From contig CBDBLX010000002.1 of the NCBI GenBank assembly GCA_965207445.1, positions 2,424,124 through 2,488,123 of the forward strand: 64,000 nt of DNA, given 5' to 3'. Below, in pieces: positions 51,250 to 61,836 of this stretch. The translations under genes were made by a program, and so were the position numbers. Origin of the DNA: Nitrosopumilus sp. (GTDB lineage: Archaea; Thermoproteota; Nitrososphaeria; Nitrososphaerales; Nitrosopumilaceae). Below the pieces are notes generated by a model. The model saw only the letters and a list, made by a program, of their open reading frames with translations, was not told the origin of the DNA and did no database searches. Numbering within the stretch: position 1 is the stretch's first letter; each line of letters begins with the position of its first letter.

Positions 51250-52680
51250 ATGGGTACAGACTCTAAAACTACAACGTTACGTGTAGGCTTTGATGATACA
51301 GATTCGCCTGTTGGAATGTGCACCACGTATTTGGCATATCTGATTGTGAGAAAATTTTGTAAATTTGTACCAAACATCAAAAAATCCTCTGCCGTCTCAC
51401 ATGACACAGATACACAGGTTGAATTTCTTGATTATCCAAGATTAATCAGATTCAATCCAAATGTTCCATGGAAGACTAGAGGTAATGGTGCAGTTGCATT
51501 ACATATTAAAACTAACAATCCGGAATATGTTAAAAATCTGATAAAAAATATGGTCTTTTCACATGCAGATATTGAACATGGTGCAAATCCAGGGTTGGTA
51601 TTTTTTGAATATGAGAAAATAGATGGCGAGATTACAAAGTTCGGAGAACAAGCGTTGTGGCAGCTAGTAAGTAGAACAGATACAAAACGTTTTGTAAAGA
51701 AACACAAACTAGAGCACTATTACAAAGGAAATGGACAAGGGTTAGTAGGTGCTATAGGCGCCATCGGATACGTATGGGATGATTATACACTAGAGTTGTT
51801 AAGCTATCGTACACTCAAAATGTGTGGGACACCAAGAATAATAGATGCAAAGAGTGTAAAGAGAATGCAAAGACAGACTGCACCACACACCTTTAACAGT
51901 TATGATGAAAAAAAGGACAGAGTCTTGATAACACCGCGGGGTCCAGACCCAGTATTTTATGGCATTCGGGGTGAAGACACCACATCATTAATTACAGCAG
52001 CACAGATGGTGCAAAGTAGCGAAACACCTCAAGGATATATGATATTTAGAACAAATCAAGGAACAGGTGCACATATGCACAACGAACTTACACCGCAATA
52101 CATCAAACCATACGCGTCAGGATGGATAATAGGTACAATATCATATGTGGAACCTTATCCGATAAGACGTGGAGGACATGTATTCTTTGATGTTCTAGCA
52201 ACATCTTCATCAGGAAACAACACAGTTATACGCTGCGCAGTATACAAACCGACCAAACTTACACATGTTGCATCTCATTTGATCAAAGGTGACAAAGTAC
52301 GCATTGGAGGTGGCATCCGCAAGGCATCAAAGAACCATAATCAAAGAGTCCTCAATGTCGAGTATCTAGATGTGATTTCACTAGCACAAGACGTATACTT
52401 GACAAATCCTACATGTCATATTTGCAAAAAAAACATGAAATCAAAGGGCATTGGTCAAGGTTTTGAGTGCGTCAAATGCAAAGAACACCCACACGCAGAT
52501 TCAAAGATCATTTGTGAGAGACCCAGAGTGATAAAACAAGGACTCTACATACCAGATATCGGAGCACAGCGCCACCTGACTAGGCCAAGGCAACGACACG
52601 ACAGATACAACCAAGATATGACATTTGAGAATAATATTGAATGGTTGCAAGTTTACAATAGTAATAATAGCGGGGAGTAG
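51250..52680 (+). CDS. tiaS: tRNA(Ile2) agmatidine synthetase
   Basis: GFDDTDS..GMCTTY, PRLIR.NPNVPWKTRGNGAV, GPDPVFYGIRG, TNQGT, zinc ribbon, RHL. Confidence 0.95.
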   Translation: MGTDSKTTTLRVGFDDTDSPVGMCTTYLAYLIVRKFCKFVPNIKKSSAVSHDTDTQVEFLDYPRLIRFNPNVPWKTRGNGAVALHIKTNNPEYVKNLIKNMVFSHADIEHGANPGLVFFEYEKIDGEITKFGEQALWQLVSRTDTKRFVKKHKLEHYYKGNGQGLVGAIGAIGYVWDDYTLELLSYRTLKMCGTPRIIDAKSVKRMQRQTAPHTFNSYDEKKDRVLITPRGPDPVFYGIRGEDTTSLITAAQMVQSSETPQGYMIFRTNQGTGAHMHNELTPQYIKPYASGWIIGTISYVEPYPIRRGGHVFFDVLATSSSGNNTVIRCAVYKPTKLTHVASHLIKGDKVRIGGGIRKASKNHNQRVLNVEYLDVISLAQDVYLTNPTCHICKKNMKSKGIGQGFECVKCKEHPHADSKIICERPRVIKQGLYIPDIGAQRHLTRPRQRHDRYNQDMTFENNIEWLQVYNSNNSGE

Positions 52681-52757
52681 ACTTGAACTACTGATCTGCG
52701 GGTTATGAGCCCGCCGGGATGACATAGCCCTAAAGAGTCTGACTTCCCCACCCCGCT
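52668..52757 (-). tRNA. Initiator tRNA-Met(CAT) with 15-nt D-loop intron (52724-52738)
   Basis: A1-U72 acceptor AGCGGGG/CCCCGCT, anticodon stem GCGGG/CCCGC with three G-C pairs, CAT anticodon; BHB with central helix AGTC/GGCT and bulges AGA and ATG. Confidence 0.92.
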
Positions 52758-52958
52758 AGAGAATAGGTGTTAGTGTGCCGTATATACGCTTTTCAACTCA
52801 TACAGCAATGATACATTTCAGAGTGTTGTAAAATAAGTTTACATCGCATTACAGTAAATAAAAATACGTTATAAAAATATAAAGAGATTAGTAGTCAATG
52901 GTGTGTATGTTCTTCTCTGTCAAAAGATAATTAGCAGAGATATTATTATAATAATAAT

Positions 52959-54128
52959 ATGAACAAAAAGATTCAGATTGTAGTTCTTGTCGGTGCAATA
53001 GCTTTCTCTGTTATGGTTCTCTCATCTCCTTCAAACCCACTTCCACTACCTGATCCTGCTACAATAGATACAACAAACACTAACGATAGTTTGGCTTCTT
53101 TATCATCATCATCAATATCAATACTTGCCACCAACCTTGAAAAACCACGTGCAATAGCAGTGTATGATGATCGTGTATTCATAACAGAACAGAAAGGAAA
53201 AATACGTATTGTACAAAATGGTACTCTATTAGAGCAACCACTTGCCATCTTTCGAGATGTTAACGTGTTTGATGGCGGGCTACTTGGAATAGCAGTTCAT
53301 CCCGACTTTGATAAAAATCATTATCTGTATGTCTTTTTGACATACAAAGATAAACCACACAATGATACCACATCATCTACACAACCTAATGCCTTGTGGA
53401 ATAAAGTAATTAGAATTACAGAATCAGAAAACCGCATATACGATGCTGTAGACATTATAGATGGTATACCAGCATCCAAATTTACAAATGGTGGTTTTGT
53501 AAAGTTTGGTCCTGATAAAAAATTATACATTGGTACAGGCACCACATCAGATGCATCTCATCTGCCACAAGACGTTAATTCACTTGCAGGAAAAATATTG
53601 AGAATAAATGATGATGGTAGTATTCCTACAGATAACCCATTTGGTCATGATTCCCCAGTATATTCGATTGGACATAGGAATCCACAGGGTATAACATGGG
53701 ATAACAGTGATACAATGTACGTAGCAGATCATGGCCCTGGAAAAAATGATGAGATTAATATAATTATACCCGGTGGTAACTATGGCTGGCCTAACTATGA
53801 GTGTGCAGATAATGATAATTCCGCAGAATCTCCAATTTTATGCTATGATCCGAGCATAGAGCCAGGTGGCATCATATTTTATGATCATGATAGACTATTA
53901 GGAGTCGAGCAACCATTCATAATGACATCGTTGAGAGCATCAAACCTTTACCAACTAGATTTTGAGCAAGGGTTGGCATCACAACAGTCAATTCTAAGTG
54001 GAGCGGGACGTATCAGAGATGTAGTTGTACATCCTAGCGACGGTACGATTTATCTGATAACATCAAACACTGATGGTAAAGGTTTTCCCAATCTAGATGA
54101 TGATAGACTTATACAGATATTGAGATGA
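52959..54128 (+). CDS. PQQ-dependent glucose/sorbosone dehydrogenase family protein (exported)
   Basis: Signal anchor; GLLGIAVHPDF, FGPD.KLYI.TG, GKILRIN.DG.IP.DNPF, GHRNPQG, GGNYGWP. Confidence 0.9.
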   Translation: MNKKIQIVVLVGAIAFSVMVLSSPSNPLPLPDPATIDTTNTNDSLASLSSSSISILATNLEKPRAIAVYDDRVFITEQKGKIRIVQNGTLLEQPLAIFRDVNVFDGGLLGIAVHPDFDKNHYLYVFLTYKDKPHNDTTSSTQPNALWNKVIRITESENRIYDAVDIIDGIPASKFTNGGFVKFGPDKKLYIGTGTTSDASHLPQDVNSLAGKILRINDDGSIPTDNPFGHDSPVYSIGHRNPQGITWDNSDTMYVADHGPGKNDEINIIIPGGNYGWPNYECADNDNSAESPILCYDPSIEPGGIIFYDHDRLLGVEQPFIMTSLRASNLYQLDFEQGLASQQSILSGAGRIRDVVVHPSDGTIYLITSNTDGKGFPNLDDDRLIQILR

Positions 54129-54141
54129 GAAAAGTGTTGAA

Positions 54142-55470
54142 ATGAGTAACAAAAAAGATGACCAACTATCATCCTCATCAATATCAGGATTTTATAAAAA
54201 GACTCGCGACCAGCGACTCGATACATTACTCAAACTCGGATATATCAATCACACAGACATTGAGACGCTAAAGAACAAAGATTATGGTGGTGGACTGGCA
54301 TTTGAGCACGCCAATGCAATGGTCGAAAATGCCATAGGTGTGTTTGGTATGCCCTTGGGAGTAGCAACGAACTTTGTGATAAATGGTAAAGATGTACTAG
54401 TTCCAATGGTAATAGAGGAACCATCAGTTATTGCAGCAGCATCAAAAGGCGCCAAAGCGACACGCGAGATGGGAGGGTTCACTGCCACCATGTCATCTGA
54501 GACACCATACAGTATAGGCCAAATACAACTGCTAAATGTAAGTGATGTGAAATCCGCAATTGACAGAATTCATAATTCCGAGCGCAAAATCATATCACTT
54601 GCCAATGGTAAGAGGGAAACAGATCCAAGTATAAAACGAGGTGCAAAGTCAGTATCGTGCCGCACTATAGATACACCATCAAATGGTACAATGTTGATTG
54701 TAGAGTTACTCATTGATACGGACAATGCAATGGGTGCAAATATGACAAATAGTATGTGCGAAGCAGTGTCACCGCTCTTGGAGCAAATATGCAATGAAAA
54801 CAGTGATGGTGGTGCACGCGCACTTTTACGCATATTATCAAATTATTCTACACATCGTACCGTGACTGCAAAGGGCGTATTTGCAAAAGATAGTGTAGGA
54901 GGAGCAGATACGGTAAATGACATTATATCTGCCTTTGAGTTTGCAGACTGTGACATTTATCGAGCAGTCACACACAACAAGGGCGTGATGAATGGTATAA
55001 TTGCAGTAGCAAACGCAACAGGACAGGACAGTAGAGCGATCGAAGCTGCTGCAAACGCATATGCATCAAGAACAGGCAGATACCGATCCATTACACAATG
55101 GTCAAAGGATGAAAACGGGAATTTAGTGGGTGAGATCGAGTTACCTTTGTCAGTTGGAATTGTGGGTGGCGTGACTAAAGTGCACCCCATAGCAAAACTA
55201 TGTGTAAATATGTTAAAAGTCAAATCAGCCAACGACCTAGCATGCATAATGGCGTCTGCAGGACTTGCTCAAAACTATGCAGCCATGAGAGCACTTGTAA
55301 CAGATGGCATACAAAAGGGGCATATGAGTCTACATGCAAGAAACTTTGCAAGCGAGGCCGGTGCAAAATTCGACGAAATTGATAATGTTGTAAAAGAGAT
55401 GATCTTAAAAGGTGACGTGTCAGTGCAAGGAGCAAAACACGCGCTAGATTCGATAAGATCACATGATTGA
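54142..55470 (+). CDS. mvaA: Class II HMG-CoA reductase
   Basis: ENAIG, EEPSVIAAAS, AMGAN, RILSN, THNKG.MNG, GIQKGHMSLH. Confidence 0.93.
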   Translation: MSNKKDDQLSSSSISGFYKKTRDQRLDTLLKLGYINHTDIETLKNKDYGGGLAFEHANAMVENAIGVFGMPLGVATNFVINGKDVLVPMVIEEPSVIAAASKGAKATREMGGFTATMSSETPYSIGQIQLLNVSDVKSAIDRIHNSERKIISLANGKRETDPSIKRGAKSVSCRTIDTPSNGTMLIVELLIDTDNAMGANMTNSMCEAVSPLLEQICNENSDGGARALLRILSNYSTHRTVTAKGVFAKDSVGGADTVNDIISAFEFADCDIYRAVTHNKGVMNGIIAVANATGQDSRAIEAAANAYASRTGRYRSITQWSKDENGNLVGEIELPLSVGIVGGVTKVHPIAKLCVNMLKVKSANDLACIMASAGLAQNYAAMRALVTDGIQKGHMSLHARNFASEAGAKFDEIDNVVKEMILKGDVSVQGAKHALDSIRSHD

Positions 55471-55720
55471 TGATAGTAATTTGCCAAAAAAAAATATTCC
55501 TTATTCAAAGATGAGCACTAAACACCCAAAAACAACACAGGTCTCTATTGTATATAATCATCCACAGCTAGTCGAATTAATATTATACATGATAAAAACT
55601 ACTTAATAAAAATCATATAATAATATATATCATATGAGAATATTAAACAGATATTGAGAAAATGACACACAGTCTTTACAATTACATATCAAATATTAAA
55701 AAAATATGAAATTATATGAA

Positions 55721-55751
55721 TTATTAATAAATTTTAAAGATTTATTAATAA
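55721..55751 (+). promoter_or_regulatory. Inverted repeat straddling the znuA TATA box (candidate metal-responsive operator)
   Basis: TTATTAATAAAT-tttaaag-ATTTATTAATAA with perfect 12-bp arms, ending 18 nt before the ATG. Confidence 0.5.
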
Positions 55752-55769
55752 CAATATTTTGCGTACAGT

Positions 55770-57053
55770 ATGGTATCTACTACTGCATATGCAGCCATTG
55801 CAATTGCAATTATAATTCCAATCGCAATATTTGCAGTATACAGTACTACATTAGAACCAGAGATTATGGAGCCGAGTACTGTTGAACCAGAGATTATGGA
55901 GCCGAGTACTGTTGAACCAGAGATTATGGAGCCGAGTACGATCGAAGTAGAGCCAAAAATATTTGTACTTTCGTCATTTTATCCAATAGAACAATTTACA
56001 TCCCAAGTTGGAGGTGACAAGATACGTTCAGAACTTGTCTTGCCACCTGGAGCAGAACCACATGATTGGGAGCCAACTATAATAGACGTAGAGAATATGA
56101 AAAACGCAGACGCAATTGTGATTAATGGTATAGGATTTGAAACATGGATAGAAGATGTAGAAGATGTAGGATTTGAAGGTATTATAATAGATACAAGTGA
56201 AGGTATCGAGATCATTATGCCTGAAGATGAAGAGCACGGTGATGAGCATGAAGAGCACGGTGATGAGCATGAAGAGCACGGTGATGAGCATGAAGAGCAC
56301 GGTGATGAGCATGAAGAGCACGGTGATGAGCATGAAGAGCACGGTGATGAGCATGAAGAGCACGGTGATGAGCATGAAGAGCACGGTGATGAGCATGAAG
56401 AGCACGGTGATGAGCATGAAGAGCACGGTGATGAGCATGAAGAGCACGGTGATGAGCATGAAGAGCACGGTGATGAGCATGAAGAGCACGGTGATGAGGG
56501 ACGTGATGACGACCACCACCACCACCACGATCATTCACTTGGAGATCCACATATCTGGTTGAATCCAAATCACGCACAAATACAAATACAAAATATTGCA
56601 GATGGGCTTTCTCAAATTGATCCCAAAAATGCCGAATATTACCAAAACAATGCAGATGAATACATCGAAGAATTAAAACTTCTAGATTCGGATATTAGAA
56701 TGACTTTAGAATCCTGCTCAAAGGAATTTATCGCATTCCATAAAGCATTTACATATTTTGAAGTAGAATATGACTTGGTACAATATACCGTAATAAAGTC
56801 ATTAACGCCACACGGTGAAGTGTCTACAAGGACACTTCAAGAAATAGTGGACATTGCAAGGGAACATAATATCAGAACAGTGTTCACCGAGGAAGCAGCA
56901 GATCCTAGAATAACACAAGTTATTGCAGATGAGATAAACGGTAAAGTACTCACCCTCACTCCACTTGAAATAGGACAGCCTGGAGAAACATACATTTCAA
57001 GTATGTATAAAAACCTCAATAATTTAGAGATGGCATTATGCAACGACCAATAG
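55770..57053 (+). CDS. znuA: Zn/Mn ABC transporter substrate-binding protein with His-rich repeat loop
   Basis: PGAEPHDWEP, DPHIWL, FH.AF.YF, F.EE. Confidence 0.9.
   Translation: MVSTTAYAAIAIAIIIPIAIFAVYSTTLEPEIMEPSTVEPEIMEPSTVEPEIMEPSTIEVEPKIFVLSSFYPIEQFTSQVGGDKIRSELVLPPGAEPHDWEPTIIDVENMKNADAIVINGIGFETWIEDVEDVGFEGIIIDTSEGIEIIMPEDEEHGDEHEEHGDEHEEHGDEHEEHGDEHEEHGDEHEEHGDEHEEHGDEHEEHGDEHEEHGDEHEEHGDEHEEHGDEHEEHGDEHEEHGDEGRDDDHHHHHDHSLGDPHIWLNPNHAQIQIQNIADGLSQIDPKNAEYYQNNADEYIEELKLLDSDIRMTLESCSKEFIAFHKAFTYFEVEYDLVQYTVIKSLTPHGEVSTRTLQEIVDIAREHNIRTVFTEEAADPRITQVIADEINGKVLTLTPLEIGQPGETYISSMYKNLNNLEMALCNDQ
55854..55939 (+). repeat. 30-bp tandem repeat x~3 encoding EPEIMEPSTV
   Basis: GAACCAGAGATTATGGAGCCGAGTACTGTT repeated. 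Confidence 0.95.
56229..56498 (+). repeat. Perfect 21-bp tandem repeat x~12.9 encoding EEHGDEH
   Basis: GAAGAGCACGGTGATGAGCAT repeated. Confidence 0.97.
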
Positions 57054-57817
57054 AAATTTCGGATCTATCGGTCAGTTATTCAGGTGTACCAGCACTTAAA
57101 AATATATCAATGACAGTAGACGAAGGTGACTTTTTAGGCATCATAGGGCCCAATGGAGCAGGAAAATCAACTCTGTTTGCATGTATGCTTGGACTCAATA
57201 CAGAGTATGATGGTACTGTGCAAATATTTGGAGAGGATGTACGTAAGACAAAAGAGCCTCTAAAAAAACTAGGATACGTACCACAGATGATACACTTTGA
57301 AAGAAACTTTCCAATTACAGTCAAAGAGGTAGTCAAGATGGGTATGTGGCACAACCTCAAAGAAGAACGTGTAGATGAAGTAATGGAAGAGCTCGGGATA
57401 CAAGAATTGGCAAAAAAGAGAATTGGAGAATTATCTGGAGGACAACAACAGAGAGTGTTCATCGCAAAGGCAATTATAAATGAGCCCGAATTACTTGTAA
57501 TGGACGAGCCTGTAACAGGAATTGATCGTGCAAGTGTTGATATGTTTTATGAAATATTAAAACATCTTAACACTGAACATGGGATAACCATTGTCTGGTC
57601 ATCACATGATATAGAAGCCGTAGATCGTTTGGCACAGCAAGTAGTGTGCCTCAACAAAAAACTACATTTTCATGGTACGGCAAAACAATTCTTTACAGAT
57701 GAAAAACTAGTTAATATGTACTCAGAAATTTCCATGTGTCTCCGTACAAAAGAGTGTAGTGACACAGACACTAATGTTAAATTATACAAGAAAGAAATAT
57801 CTAACAATATTAAATAA
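57038..57817 (+). CDS. znuC: Metal ABC transporter ATPase
   Basis: GPNGAGKST, LSGGQQQR, MDEP. Confidence 0.92.
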   Translation: MQRPIEISDLSVSYSGVPALKNISMTVDEGDFLGIIGPNGAGKSTLFACMLGLNTEYDGTVQIFGEDVRKTKEPLKKLGYVPQMIHFERNFPITVKEVVKMGMWHNLKEERVDEVMEELGIQELAKKRIGELSGGQQQRVFIAKAIINEPELLVMDEPVTGIDRASVDMFYEILKHLNTEHGITIVWSSHDIEAVDRLAQQVVCLNKKLHFHGTAKQFFTDEKLVNMYSEISMCLRTKECSDTDTNVKLYKKEISNNIK

Positions 57818-57838
57818 TCACTAAACAGACGATAAAAT

Positions 57839-58681
57839 ATGGTGTTTCCGTTATTTGAGATATTAGAATATGGATTTATGCAGAGGGCGCTTTTAACAGG
57901 CGCTGTAATAGCAGTACTCTGTTCAGTTGTAGGAATGTTTCTAGTCTTGAAACGTTACTCACTCTTTGGTGATGCACTAGCTCACTCAGCATTTGGAGGT
58001 GTTGCGGTGGGATTGTTTGTAGGAATTTATCCAATATGGGCAGCGTATGTTTTCGCAATAGTTAACGCTTTACTAATCACGCGAGCCAAACAAAAATTCG
58101 ACATATCAGGCGATGCATTAATAGCAATAATGTTATCTACAGGGATTGCAACGGCACTAGTTATCATAGGATTATCAGGGGGATTTTCAATTGACATATT
58201 CAGTTTTCTATTTGGAAGTATACTACTTATTGGTGTTAATGATACCATAACGGCACTAGCCATAGCAAGTGGTATTTTACTTGTTATACTATTTTTATTT
58301 AAACAGATCATATATACAACATTTGATGAAAAGCAGGCCAAGGTAAGCGGCATACACGTAGAGCGCATAAATTATCTAATAATATTTATGGCAGGAATAA
58401 CAGTAGTGACAGCAATACAGCTTATAGGTGTGTTATTGATATCTGCACTTTTTGTCATGCCAAATGTTACAGCAATGTTGATGGGCAGAGGTTTTAAAGA
58501 TACAATGATAATATCGATCATAACATCCGTATCATGTGTCATAACAGGTATAATGTTATCATATGTATTGAATATTGCTCCTGCAGGAAGTATTGTGCTG
58601 ATTGCAATATCCACACTTATAGTAACAATGATAGCCAAATCAAAGGGTGCCTTTTCTAAAAGTCAAGAAAAGATTGTCTAG
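57839..58681 (+). CDS. znuB: Metal ABC transporter permease
   Basis: FMQRAL, GDALAHSAFGG, LFGSIL, TFDE..AKVSG. Confidence 0.92.
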   Translation: MVFPLFEILEYGFMQRALLTGAVIAVLCSVVGMFLVLKRYSLFGDALAHSAFGGVAVGLFVGIYPIWAAYVFAIVNALLITRAKQKFDISGDALIAIMLSTGIATALVIIGLSGGFSIDIFSFLFGSILLIGVNDTITALAIASGILLVILFLFKQIIYTTFDEKQAKVSGIHVERINYLIIFMAGITVVTAIQLIGVLLISALFVMPNVTAMLMGRGFKDTMIISIITSVSCVITGIMLSYVLNIAPAGSIVLIAISTLIVTMIAKSKGAFSKSQEKIV

Positions 58682-61558
58682 TCTTTGTTTGTCATGAACC
58701 GCTCTTACATAAAACAACGAAGTCGCCAGCACACCAAGAGCCATAAGAGGTGAAACCAGATCAGCGTATTTGACATCACTTGGATCGAAAAATAAAAATT
58801 GTGAATCTGCTTGATCAGAAATCCGATATGTGCTAGGTCTCTCTGTAATTGAGATCATATTTATCTTGTTAGCCCTTTGTTCGGCAAACCATAGGTTACC
58901 ATTATCATCTGATTCGATAAACTGTACTGACTGCGTTGTTGCAGGAATTTCAATCTCACGTATTGCCCCATTTTGAGGATCAAGCACTGCAATACTATCT
59001 ATAGTGTGTTGAGCAAACCACACATTTCCATATCTATCAAATGCCATTCCAAACGGAGATGAATCTGGATTCGACACATTAAATCTCTTCAATGTATCCA
59101 ATACATAATCATATTTTACTATAGTCCATCCAGTGTGTTCTGTAATCCAAAGAGTACCATCCATCTCATCACCACCCACCAAAAGAGCCTCCGGTGATGC
59201 AAGTGTTCTATTGCCACCAATTACCTCTGTAATTGTATTATTATCATAACTGACGTAACCTACTGTTCCAGCTCCAATTGCAGTATACCACATCTTTTCA
59301 TCATGTCCTGCGGCTAATGCAAATGGCAATGTATCCCTACCTGATATTGCAATTGTGGTAAATTCCTCAGAATTAGGATCAAATTTTGCCAACAACCCTT
59401 TGTTAATTATAGTCAACCATATGTTACCATTATCATCGGCTTCGATGAAAAATGGCATTGCGCGATCCCTTGGAGTTGAGGTGGGTGCATCTGACTTGAA
59501 ATCAGGTGTTTTTATGGTTTGAACATGTCCATTTTGCACATCAACATATCCGATCTGCCCACCTCTACTGTCTGTAAACCATATGTTTCCATCATATTTG
59601 TTGTATGCCAAAAATGACGAAGACTCTCCATCAAACGGATATTCGACAATTTCTTCAGTGTTAATGTCTATCTTCCACAATCGTGGTGAGAGGGCATCAC
59701 TAAACCACATACCACCAGCATAATCATATGCAGCGTGAAGAGGACTAGTACCGTTTGGCAACATGTGTGATGTGATCGTCACATCAAGGTCTGTTAGTTG
59801 AGGCTTTGCAAATACATCAAGACGCACAGCCTCATTTGCACTCTGTGTTCTTTGAGCCTCGATTTCTAATAACCATTGTCCTGAAAATGCAAGAATTAAC
59901 TCCCCAGAGTATGTTTGTTGTGAGTCGTGTGATGGTACCTCTTTTACATCTAACTCAATTGGTGGAATACCTTTGCTAGGATTTGACACCTTGATCTTGA
60001 TTTTGTCTAGGTCTGGTATAGATGTGCCATTTGTGTTTGATGTAGATACTGTAATCAAGTTCTCACCCGTTCCAAATGGCGTGATCTCTATATCAAACCG
60101 TGCGTTATCTGAGAATTGTGTAGTGACAAGACCAGTAAACACTTGTTGCGCCTCGACATTGCGAATCTCGCCTGCAGGTAATGTGCCATTGGTAAGCAAG
60201 GCAACTACCAATAGTAAAGAGACACCAAGTATGACATCGATCTTTAATGTCTTTTTGAGTCTGTTGTGTATTGTGATGTTTTTTTTAGTAGTAATAATAT
60301 ATGAAATCTCTGCATTTCTCTGAATTCGATACTGTATGAACGCACCCATACCGATCATGGCAGAAGCAATTGCAATTTTTAATATGATTAATCTTCCAAA
60401 CATTGATTCTGTTATAAGACCCACGTCACTCTCCAATGTCCATAGTAGTGTGGGACCTGTCACTATAACAATACCCACAGATATTATAAACATCATTGAA
60501 AATCTTGGTATCATTGTAATACATAGTCGCTCTTTGTACACATCAGAGCATTTTGATAGTACAGGTAACAACCCAAATACAATATAGATCAAGCCACCTA
60601 TCCAGACTCCTGCCACTATGTTATGTATATAATCAAGTGCAATTGCACCTATAGATTCAGTTGCTGCACCATGTCCAGAAATACTTGATGTCATCATAAG
60701 TGCGAGTCCAGCAGCCAACATCAAGGACTGGACTAGTCTTTGTGCTTTGATTTTGTTAGATGCAAACCATATTCCAAAAAGTGTTATCGTAATGAGTAAC
60801 CGTACAAGCCAGATCATTCCAAACTGCGTTTGAATACTCTCAACAAGCCCAGACTCTAACCTTGACATCTGTAATATGATTACAGACACATTAGATACAA
60901 GTATCAAAAGAAGCCCAACACTTGACAACTGCAAAAATCTTTTGCGATGTCTATCTTCTATTCTCACAAGCTCATCTTTGTTAATTGAGCGTTTGTTCTG
61001 TGTACCCCATACTACAAGAGCCGATACGGCAGCACCTACTATTATTGTTTGACCCACAATACCTGGAAAATCACTTGCGGCTTCGGGTAGCAACAACAAC
61101 TCAGTTTGTTTTTCTTGCTCCAATAATTTTGGGTCTATCGTGACGTCCCCCACTCCAAAGAGAATGACGCCTGGCACCAAGTGCCCATCTACTTTGGATA
61201 ACACTTTAGTCGATACCGTATAAACTCCATCTTGTAAGGGAGGAGTTGAGACTGCTAAAACCAAATCATCATCTTCGTGATAATATCGCAAGTCTTTGTT
61301 GTCTATACGGTCACCTTTGTCATTTAAAACTACGATCTCACTAAATTCGATATCCACAGACTCTGAAAAAGAGACCACGATCTCTGTTGTACCCACAGGC
61401 GCGTTTTGAGAAATGTTGGGCGTGCTATCTACTATAAAGGGGTGCGCCGATGCCGCAGGGACAGAAGGTACAAACAACACAAATGAAGTCAACAAAAGTA
61501 ATGAGAGTATAGAGTATGAAAAATATGGTGAGTGTATAGGTAAAAATTTTCTTTGCAT
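58640..61558 (-). CDS. Copper resistance CopC/CopD fusion with C-terminal beta-propeller
   Basis: Signal peptide then HPFIVDSTP, LSKVDGH (CopC); SGHGAA, H...AGVWIGG (CopD); repeated GNIWF/GNVWF blades. Confidence 0.85.
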   Translation of the reverse strand: MQRKFLPIHSPYFSYSILSLLLLTSFVLFVPSVPAASAHPFIVDSTPNISQNAPVGTTEIVVSFSESVDIEFSEIVVLNDKGDRIDNKDLRYYHEDDDLVLAVSTPPLQDGVYTVSTKVLSKVDGHLVPGVILFGVGDVTIDPKLLEQEKQTELLLLPEAASDFPGIVGQTIIVGAAVSALVVWGTQNKRSINKDELVRIEDRHRKRFLQLSSVGLLLILVSNVSVIILQMSRLESGLVESIQTQFGMIWLVRLLITITLFGIWFASNKIKAQRLVQSLMLAAGLALMMTSSISGHGAATESIGAIALDYIHNIVAGVWIGGLIYIVFGLLPVLSKCSDVYKERLCITMIPRFSMMFIISVGIVIVTGPTLLWTLESDVGLITESMFGRLIILKIAIASAMIGMGAFIQYRIQRNAEISYIITTKKNITIHNRLKKTLKIDVILGVSLLLVVALLTNGTLPAGEIRNVEAQQVFTGLVTTQFSDNARFDIEITPFGTGENLITVSTSNTNGTSIPDLDKIKIKVSNPSKGIPPIELDVKEVPSHDSQQTYSGELILAFSGQWLLEIEAQRTQSANEAVRLDVFAKPQLTDLDVTITSHMLPNGTSPLHAAYDYAGGMWFSDALSPRLWKIDINTEEIVEYPFDGESSSFLAYNKYDGNIWFTDSRGGQIGYVDVQNGHVQTIKTPDFKSDAPTSTPRDRAMPFFIEADDNGNIWLTIINKGLLAKFDPNSEEFTTIAISGRDTLPFALAAGHDEKMWYTAIGAGTVGYVSYDNNTITEVIGGNRTLASPEALLVGGDEMDGTLWITEHTGWTIVKYDYVLDTLKRFNVSNPDSSPFGMAFDRYGNVWFAQHTIDSIAVLDPQNGAIREIEIPATTQSVQFIESDDNGNLWFAEQRANKINMISITERPSTYRISDQADSQFLFFDPSDVKYADLVSPLMALGVLATSLFYVRAVHDKQRLDNLFLTFRKGTL

Positions 61559-61836
61559 GTTTGTCTTGTAAAATATCTGGTACATTTACATATTTGTGCA
61601 CCCTTTCCACAAATAAACGCATTTGATACTATTCATATTTTGTACCAATTAATTTTATGAATAATTAATGGCCACACATACTAAATGAGAAATATCTTTG
61701 GTGCAGATTAGTGCACAAAATCAAAATTTGTACCATATTGTGTACACCTGTAATTGGTTTTATTTTCTAATAATCTTGATACTGAATTTTTAATGTTCGT
61801 TGACGTAAATATAAAAAGCCATACGAGAAAACAGTT

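Noticed and set aside
52668..52757. CAT tRNA beside tiaS as tRNA-Ile2
   Set aside because: The A1-U72 pair and three consecutive G-C anticodon-stem pairs identify it as the initiator tRNA.
56028..56577. Alternative-frame repeat ORFs over znuA, and (IMSESST)n over the cupredoxin
   Set aside because: Shadow frames of coding tandem repeats.
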